Under the pieces are notes generated by a model. It saw nothing but the letters and a program-made list of their open reading frames with translations. It made no database searches and had not been told where the DNA came from. Both the position numbers and the translations under genes were made by a program. From an uncultured Candidatus Saccharibacteria bacterium (GTDB lineage: Bacteria; Patescibacteriota; Doudnabacteria; UBA920), in contig CAZLPF010000001.1 of the NCBI GenBank assembly GCA_964561365.1, forward strand, positions 14,581 through 78,580: a stretch of 64,000 nt of DNA. The letters run 5' to 3'. Positions 58,736 through 64,000 of the stretch are shown here, one piece after another (position 1 is the first letter of the stretch; each line of letters begins with the position of its first letter).

Positions 58736-59501
58736 TCGCCCGGATGAATACACGAACCGGCGCTGCCTGGACCTGCGCGGCGAGCCAGGCGGGGAAACCT
58801 TCGCCGCCGAGGAAAATTTGATCGATGTTCGAAGCGCTGCCGTTCGCCCCGCTGACCCGGATGACGTGGACTCCGTAGCGGGTGCCGACGACCTTCACGT
58901 CGCCGGGTTTGCTCCCGCTGATCTGGGCGGCGAGTTCCGGCAGCAGCTCGCCGTCACGGAAACTGCCGGCCGAGCCCCCGAACTGCTTCGAGGCCTCGTC
59001 TTGGCTGTAGGTTTGGGCGAGCGCGTCCAGCCGCTCCCCCTTCTTGAGCCGCTCGACGATGGTGTCAGCCCGGCGGTACGTTTGTCCGTTTAGGTCCCGC
59101 TGCTGGTAGTACCAGCTAAGGAGCTGCTCGGTCAGGAGCGCCTGGCGGGCGGCCGCTTCCGGTACGCCGGCTGCGGCCGCGTTTTTCAACTCGGCGCGAC
59201 TGACCGTGAGGCCGTGCTCTGCCCCGAGGCGGTCAATGACCGCGCCGCGCACCGCCGCTTTGAGCGCCGCGGCCGACGTGCTCGGCCGCCCGCTCTCTTC
59301 AGCAGCCCTGGCCCGCGCCTGGACATCCGAGAGCCAGAGCGGCCGTCCGTAGACGGTAGCCGCCGGAATCGGCAGGATCTTTGCGAGCCGTTCGGCCGCG
59401 GGCGACGTGGGCTTCTGGCGCACGGCGAAAGCCGCCGCCGCGGTCACAACCACGAGCGCGAGCACGAACCATGCGACGGCTTTCAGGAGCGTTTTGATCA
59501 T
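58728..59501 (-). CDS. PrsA/SurA-like parvulin peptidyl-prolyl isomerase
   Basis: N-terminal TM; LAQTYSQDEASKQFGGSAG, TRYGVHVI. Confidence 0.78.
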   Translation of the reverse strand: MIKTLLKAVAWFVLALVVVTAAAAFAVRQKPTSPAAERLAKILPIPAATVYGRPLWLSDVQARARAAEESGRPSTSAAALKAAVRGAVIDRLGAEHGLTVSRAELKNAAAAGVPEAAARQALLTEQLLSWYYQQRDLNGQTYRRADTIVERLKKGERLDALAQTYSQDEASKQFGGSAGSFRDGELLPELAAQISGSKPGDVKVVGTRYGVHVIRVSGANGSASNIDQIFLGGEGFPAWLAAQVQAAPVRVFIRAND

Positions 59502-59513
59502 CGGGTATCGGAG

Positions 59514-59882
59514 TTACGGCTGGCCAAAAAAGTAGCGAACCCATTTTTCTACGTTTCCCGGACCTGCCGTTTTTGCGCGGCTCGCGCTCGGGGCGTCGGT
59601 TTTCGGGAAGCTGAAGACAATTTCACCCGGCCGCTTCATGTTGAGCTGCTGGCGGGCGAGCTTCTCGCGGAACTCTGGGGAGCTGAAGTACGAGAGCGAC
59701 TGCTCGAGCTGCGCGTTCTGGTGCCCGAGGTCGTCGACCTGCTGCTTGAGGCGGCCCGCCTCGGCGTCGACGGCCGCCTGCCGGTTGTGCTGCTGCAGGC
59801 GCGCCCAGCCGAGCGCCCCGAGCCCCGCTACGACGGCTACCGCGGCCGCGTACGTGAGCGGCGATGGCCTACCCGTCCGCAC
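59514..59882 (-). CDS. Septum formation initiator (FtsB/DivIC family)
   Basis: TM plus coiled coil, EKLARQQLNMKRPGEIV. Confidence 0.85.
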   Translation of the reverse strand: MRTGRPSPLTYAAAVAVVAGLGALGWARLQQHNRQAAVDAEAGRLKQQVDDLGHQNAQLEQSLSYFSSPEFREKLARQQLNMKRPGEIVFSFPKTDAPSASRAKTAGPGNVEKWVRYFFGQP

Positions 59883-60339
59883 GGCTGCTCCCCTGCGCGC
59901 GGCGCTTCATTTGCCAAATGGTTTCCGCGGCTTCGGCGGGTTTCGCAACCACGCCGGCGTCGACGTTGCCTGAAGCGGTGTGGAGGAGGAGCCGTCCGCG
60001 GCGGCCGAAGTTCGCCTCAACCGTGCAGCGGTCCACGGCGGCGTGGGGAACGTCTTGCGTCACCGAGGCGGCGAGCGAGGAGCGGACGAGCACCGACCGC
60101 TCGCTCGTGACGAGCAGGCCAGAGCCGAGCCACGATCGGTACCGCAGCCACAGCCAGAGGAGGCAGAGCAGCGACCAGACGAAAGCCAGAAGGGCGTGCC
60201 CGCCGCCGGAACGGGCGTTCAGGGTCCAGGCAACAGCCGCCGCGGTGGCGGCAATAGCCGCCGGGACAATGAGCGCCGTCTCGGGCTGCCGGAACATGCC
60301 GGCGGGCTGCTCGAGGGGGTGGAGGCTTACCGACAGCAT
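59869..60339 (-). CDS. Membrane protein with bacterial PH-like domain
   Basis: Two TMs, LLVTSERSV, G.L.LHTASG, VAKP. Confidence 0.6.
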   Translation of the reverse strand: MLSVSLHPLEQPAGMFRQPETALIVPAAIAATAAAVAWTLNARSGGGHALLAFVWSLLCLLWLWLRYRSWLGSGLLVTSERSVLVRSSLAASVTQDVPHAAVDRCTVEANFGRRGRLLLHTASGNVDAGVVAKPAEAAETIWQMKRRAQGSSRADG

Positions 60340-60343
60340 GGTT

Positions 60344-60448
60344 CTACTGGAAAGCGGCGAAGCCGACCGTTAAGGCGACCATCGCGGCAATGACGAGCCA
60401 GGCCATGACGTACGAAATGCGGCCGACGAGTTTTCGGTTCCTAAACAT
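60344..60448 (-). CDS. 34-aa single-TM micro-protein (MFRNRKLVGRISYVMAWLVIAAMVALTVGFAAFQ)
   Basis: Fills the gap between HD gene and PH-like gene exactly; basic N-terminus plus TM. Confidence 0.55.
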   Translation of the reverse strand: MFRNRKLVGRISYVMAWLVIAAMVALTVGFAAFQ

Positions 60449-61049
60449 TCGGGTGCTTCTGCTTGCCGCCGTTGACCCACCACGGGTCGTCCAGGTCTTG
60501 GAAGCACCAGCCGTCAGACCTCGTCTCCCAAATTTTTTTTGCAATCTCGCGGCCGGCGTCTGTTTTCAGCCGGGCGACGAGCGACGGAACCCACCGTTCG
60601 GCTCTCGGGTTCCCCGCGTCGAACTGCTCTTTCAGGAAGCAGAGCAGCTCGAGCTGGTCGGCGTCCCGCGCGAGCTGGGCTTCGGGCGTTGTGCCTTCAT
60701 TCCACTCGCCGATGAGCCCTTTCATGTCATGGCCGAACGGAACGGCCGCGGCTATTTCCGTTAGAACTTTTTCCTCGTCGTCGGTAACGTACTTCTGGTT
60801 GACGTAGTTAAGGTCGGAGGTTCTCGCCTCGGCAACGTCGTGGAAGAGGCACATGCGCATAACCTTGCCCTCGTCTGCCCCGCTCGTGCCGTGCGCGAGC
60901 GCGTAGCCAATGTAGCTGGCCCGGCAGAGGTGCTCGGCGACGCTCTGGCGCCCGGAGCCGAGCAATCCGGTAAAGCTGCGCGGCGTGCGCGCGAGCTGCC
61001 CGACCTCAAAGAAAAAATCGGCGACCGGTTTTAAATCAGCGTTCGCCAT
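60441..61049 (-). CDS. HD-domain hydrolase (YfbR/HDDC2-like 5'-deoxynucleotidase)
   Basis: TPRS, QSVAEH, LFHDVAEARTSD, ARDADQLE. Confidence 0.9.
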   Translation of the reverse strand: MANADLKPVADFFFEVGQLARTPRSFTGLLGSGRQSVAEHLCRASYIGYALAHGTSGADEGKVMRMCLFHDVAEARTSDLNYVNQKYVTDDEEKVLTEIAAAVPFGHDMKGLIGEWNEGTTPEAQLARDADQLELLCFLKEQFDAGNPRAERWVPSLVARLKTDAGREIAKKIWETRSDGWCFQDLDDPWWVNGGKQKHPNV

Positions 61050-61053
61050 AGGG

Positions 61054-62847
61054 CTACTTCTTTAGTACCGCGAGGAAGGCTTCCTGCGGGATTTCTACTT
61101 TGCCGATGAGCTTCATGCGCTTCTTGCCTTTTTTCTGCTTGTTCAAGAGCTTCATCTTGCGGGTCACGTCGCCGCCGTAGAGGTAGCCGGTGACGTCTTT
61201 GCGGAGGGCCGAGATGGTTTCCCGCGCTACTATTTTACCACCGATGGCGGCCTGCAGGGCAACCTCGAACTGGTGGCGCGGAATGAGCTCCTTGAGTTTG
61301 GCAATGAGCTCGCGGCCGTCCTGGGCCGCCGTGGAGCGGTGAACGATGGCCGCAAGCGCGTCAACGGGCTCCCCGGCTACCACGATGTCGATCTTTACGA
61401 GCTCCCCGGGACGCTCTTCCAAGAAGTCGTAGTTCAGGCTCGCGTAGCCGCTCGTGGCCCCCTTCAGCTTGTCGTAGAAGTCCAGAATAATGTTGCCGAG
61501 CGGCATTTCGAGCTGGACGTCCACGCGGTTCTTGCCGAGGTAGCGGATGTCGCGCGAGATAGCCCGGCGCTGGGTGGCGAGCTCCATGGTCGCGCCGATG
61601 TGCTCGGGCGGGCAGATGACGTCGACGAGCATCCACGGTTCACGGACCTCGCGGATGCGCGAGGGGTCGGGGAAGCTCGCCGGGTTGTGGACCACGGTCT
61701 CCGAGCCGTCAGAGAGAATAATGCGGTAGGCCACCGACGGCGCGGTGAGGACGAGGTCGAGCCCATACTCCCGCGAGAGGCGCTCCTGGACGATGTCCAT
61801 GTGCAGCAGCCCGAGGAAGCCCGTGCGGAAGCCGAAGCCGATGCTCGGGACGTGCTCGGGTTCGAATTCCAGCGAGGCGTCGGAGAGCTTGAGCTTGTCC
61901 ATGGCGTCGCGGAGCTGCGGGTACTGGTCGCCGGAAGACGGAAAAATGGTCGCGTAGACCATGGGCTTGACCTGCCGGTAGCCGGGCAGGGCCGTAACCC
62001 GGCTGGCGTCTTTCGTGAGCGCCATGGTGTCGCCGACGCGGGCGCGGGCAACTTCGCGGAGGCCCGTCACCACGTAGCCGACGTCGCCGGCGACGAGCCC
62101 GGCGCTGTGCTCAAACTTCGGGCGGAAGTAGCCGACCTCCTGGCTTTCGGCTTCGGCTTTGCTCCCGAGCATGGTGATGCTCTGTCGTGGCGCGAGGGAG
62201 CCGTCGACGATGCGGATGAAGCTGATGACCCCGCGGTGCTGGTCGTAGACCGAGTCGAAAATGAGAGCCCGGAACGGAGCAGACTCGTTCCCGGTCGGCG
62301 GCGGCACCCGTTTGACGATTTCCTCAAGCAGGGCCGGCACCCCTTCTCCGGTTTTGCCCGATGCGAACAGAATTTCTTCGTCCGTGAAGCCGAAGGCATC
62401 CTTCAGTTCGCGGGCGGTGCCCTCGCGGTCGGCGTTCGGCATGTCGATCTTGTTGACGACCGGAACGATGGTCAGGTTGTGCTCGAGGGCCAGGTTGACG
62501 TTCGCGAGCGTCTGGGCCTCAATCCCTTGCGTCGCGTCGACGACGAGGACCGCACCCTCGCAGCACGCGAGCGAGCGCGAGACCTCGTAGCTGAAGTCGA
62601 CGTGGCCCGGCGTGTCGATGAGGTTCAGCGTGTAGCGCTCGCCGCCGAGTGCGTAGTCCATGCGTACCGGCTGGAGCTTGATGGTAATGCCGCGCTCGCG
62701 CTCGAGGTCCATTTGGTCGAGCAGCTGGTCGCGCATGTCGCGGTGCGAGACCGTGCCGGTTACCTCGAGGAGCCGGTCGGCGAGCGTGCTCTTCCCGTGA
62801 TCGATGTGGGCGATGATGCAGAAGTTTCGGGTGCGCGCTTGGGCCAT
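61054..62847 (-). CDS. lepA: Elongation factor 4
   Basis: AHIDHGKSTLADRL, ERERGITIK, DTPGHVDF, NKID, GFLGLLH, RKDVTGYLYGGD. Confidence 0.98.
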   Translation of the reverse strand: MAQARTRNFCIIAHIDHGKSTLADRLLEVTGTVSHRDMRDQLLDQMDLERERGITIKLQPVRMDYALGGERYTLNLIDTPGHVDFSYEVSRSLACCEGAVLVVDATQGIEAQTLANVNLALEHNLTIVPVVNKIDMPNADREGTARELKDAFGFTDEEILFASGKTGEGVPALLEEIVKRVPPPTGNESAPFRALIFDSVYDQHRGVISFIRIVDGSLAPRQSITMLGSKAEAESQEVGYFRPKFEHSAGLVAGDVGYVVTGLREVARARVGDTMALTKDASRVTALPGYRQVKPMVYATIFPSSGDQYPQLRDAMDKLKLSDASLEFEPEHVPSIGFGFRTGFLGLLHMDIVQERLSREYGLDLVLTAPSVAYRIILSDGSETVVHNPASFPDPSRIREVREPWMLVDVICPPEHIGATMELATQRRAISRDIRYLGKNRVDVQLEMPLGNIILDFYDKLKGATSGYASLNYDFLEERPGELVKIDIVVAGEPVDALAAIVHRSTAAQDGRELIAKLKELIPRHQFEVALQAAIGGKIVARETISALRKDVTGYLYGGDVTRKMKLLNKQKKGKKRMKLIGKVEIPQEAFLAVLKK

Positions 62848-62861
62848 GGGCTGGGCGGAAT

Positions 62862-64000
62862 TTACGTTCGGAAAGCCGTGGTACGGTACCAGATTTTCTT
62901 GATCAGGTCGAGGGCCGCGCGCGCCTCTTGGGTGCCGAGCTGCGCGGCCGTAGCAAAGAACGCGATCACGCCGGCGAGGGCGGCGGAGCCGGTTTGAATG
63001 GCGAGACCGAGGACGGTGTCGGTCCCGACGAGCGGGGCCGAGGCGTAGAGCACGCCGTAGGCCGCCGCGCAACCGATGGCCGCCGCTCCGGTCGTAGCTA
63101 CCAGGGTCCGCCAGGCGCTCCGCTCAATGGCGCGGGCCCCTTCTCCGAGTTTGGGCCGGAGCATGAGCCAGAGCAGGACGACGTTCAGCCAGCTCGCGAT
63201 GACGAACGCCCAGGCGATGCCGCCGATGCCCGCGCGGTGCCCGAGCGCGAGCGCCACGACGAGGTTGACCGAAATGCTCGCGAGGTTCGCCACCACCGGT
63301 GAGACCGTGTTGTGGAGCGAGAAGAAGGCGCGCGAGAGGAGCGGCGCCACGGCCTGCGGTACGACCGCGAGGGCCAGTACGCCGAGGGCACCGAGCGTCG
63401 TTACGGTATCGTCCCAGGTGAACCGTCCGTAGCCGAGGAGCAGGCGCACGGCCTGCGCGCGGAAGATGATGGTGAACGCGGCCGTCGGCACGGCGAAGAA
63501 CAGAACCTGCTGGAGCGTGCGCGTGAGGAGGTGGGTAAAGCCGGCGCGGTCGCGGCGCGCGTGGGCCTCGGCGAGCGCGGGGAAGGCGGCCAGGGCGAGC
63601 GGGTACGCGAGCAGGCCCAAAGGGACGGACTCGAGGTTCGAGGCGAAGCTGTACGAGCTCACCGTGCCGCTCGGGAGCCGCGAGCCGACCCAGGTCGCGA
63701 CAATCAAGCTGACGCTGCTCAAGTCGAAGCTCAGTATCCTCGGTAAAAATAGGCGAATAACGCGGCGGAGGTCGCCGGTCAACGCGCCGAGCGCCGGCCA
63801 GGGCCGCACGCCGAGCGAAATGACCTCCGGCAGCTGGATTGCCGCGTGCATGAGCGCGCCAATAATGACCCCCCAGCCTACCCCGACCATGCCGGCGCGC
63901 GGGTAGCCGAAGATAATTCCGCCGATGATGCCGACGTTGTAGAGGAGCGGCGCCACGCTCACGGTCAGGAACCGTTTCCGGGAGTGGAGCACGGCCGTCA
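62862..64000 (-). CDS. murJ: Lipid II flippase MurJ/MviN (5' part outside window)
   Basis: APLLYNVGII, Y.FASNLESVPLG, AFPAL, RLLLGYGRF, RAFFSLHNT..P. Confidence 0.9.
   Translation of the reverse strand, partial: TAVLHSRKRFLTVSVAPLLYNVGIIGGIIFGYPRAGMVGVGWGVIIGALMHAAIQLPEVISLGVRPWPALGALTGDLRRVIRLFLPRILSFDLSSVSLIVATWVGSRLPSGTVSSYSFASNLESVPLGLLAYPLALAAFPALAEAHARRDRAGFTHLLTRTLQQVLFFAVPTAAFTIIFRAQAVRLLLGYGRFTWDDTVTTLGALGVLALAVVPQAVAPLLSRAFFSLHNTVSPVVANLASISVNLVVALALGHRAGIGGIAWAFVIASWLNVVLLWLMLRPKLGEGARAIERSAWRTLVATTGAAAIGCAAAYGVLYASAPLVGTDTVLGLAIQTGSAALAGVIAFFATAAQLGTQEARAALDLIKKIWYRTTAFRT

Overview
This is a high-GC bacterial chromosome segment made almost entirely of housekeeping genes. The gene content suggests Patescibacteria/CPR; this is an inference from the archaeal-type PyrH, short ATP synthase delta, UvrD-PD-(D/E)XK fusion, GT-C glycosyltransferases, ATST repeats and few SD motifs. 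Recognisable genes include map, two tandem adk paralogs, a CPA2 antiporter, cysS, dus, dnaB, recR, rplU, pyrH, serS, rdgB, lysS (with a C-terminal DUF2000/PTH2-like fusion), an orphan large purL, greA, gyrB, pheS/pheT, a rmuC-NYN-PIN-helicase/nuclease run, hsp20 with a CIRCE box, four tRNAs, a full F1Fo ATP synthase operon, alr, lepA and partial murJ. The most striking unexplained feature is a ~580-nt ORF-less minus-strand unit (~4964 to 4386). It has its own sigma70 promoter, its own terminator and a nested multi-domain secondary structure, so it is a candidate large structured ncRNA. Other notable items are an unannotated 26-aa Lys-rich micro-protein, apparently leaderless transcription of core genes, competing hairpins over the purL SD, a divergent Adk paralog and an AT-rich insert. 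No CRISPR array, rRNA, transposase or integrase was seen. All calls come from reading the sequence by eye; no searches were run.
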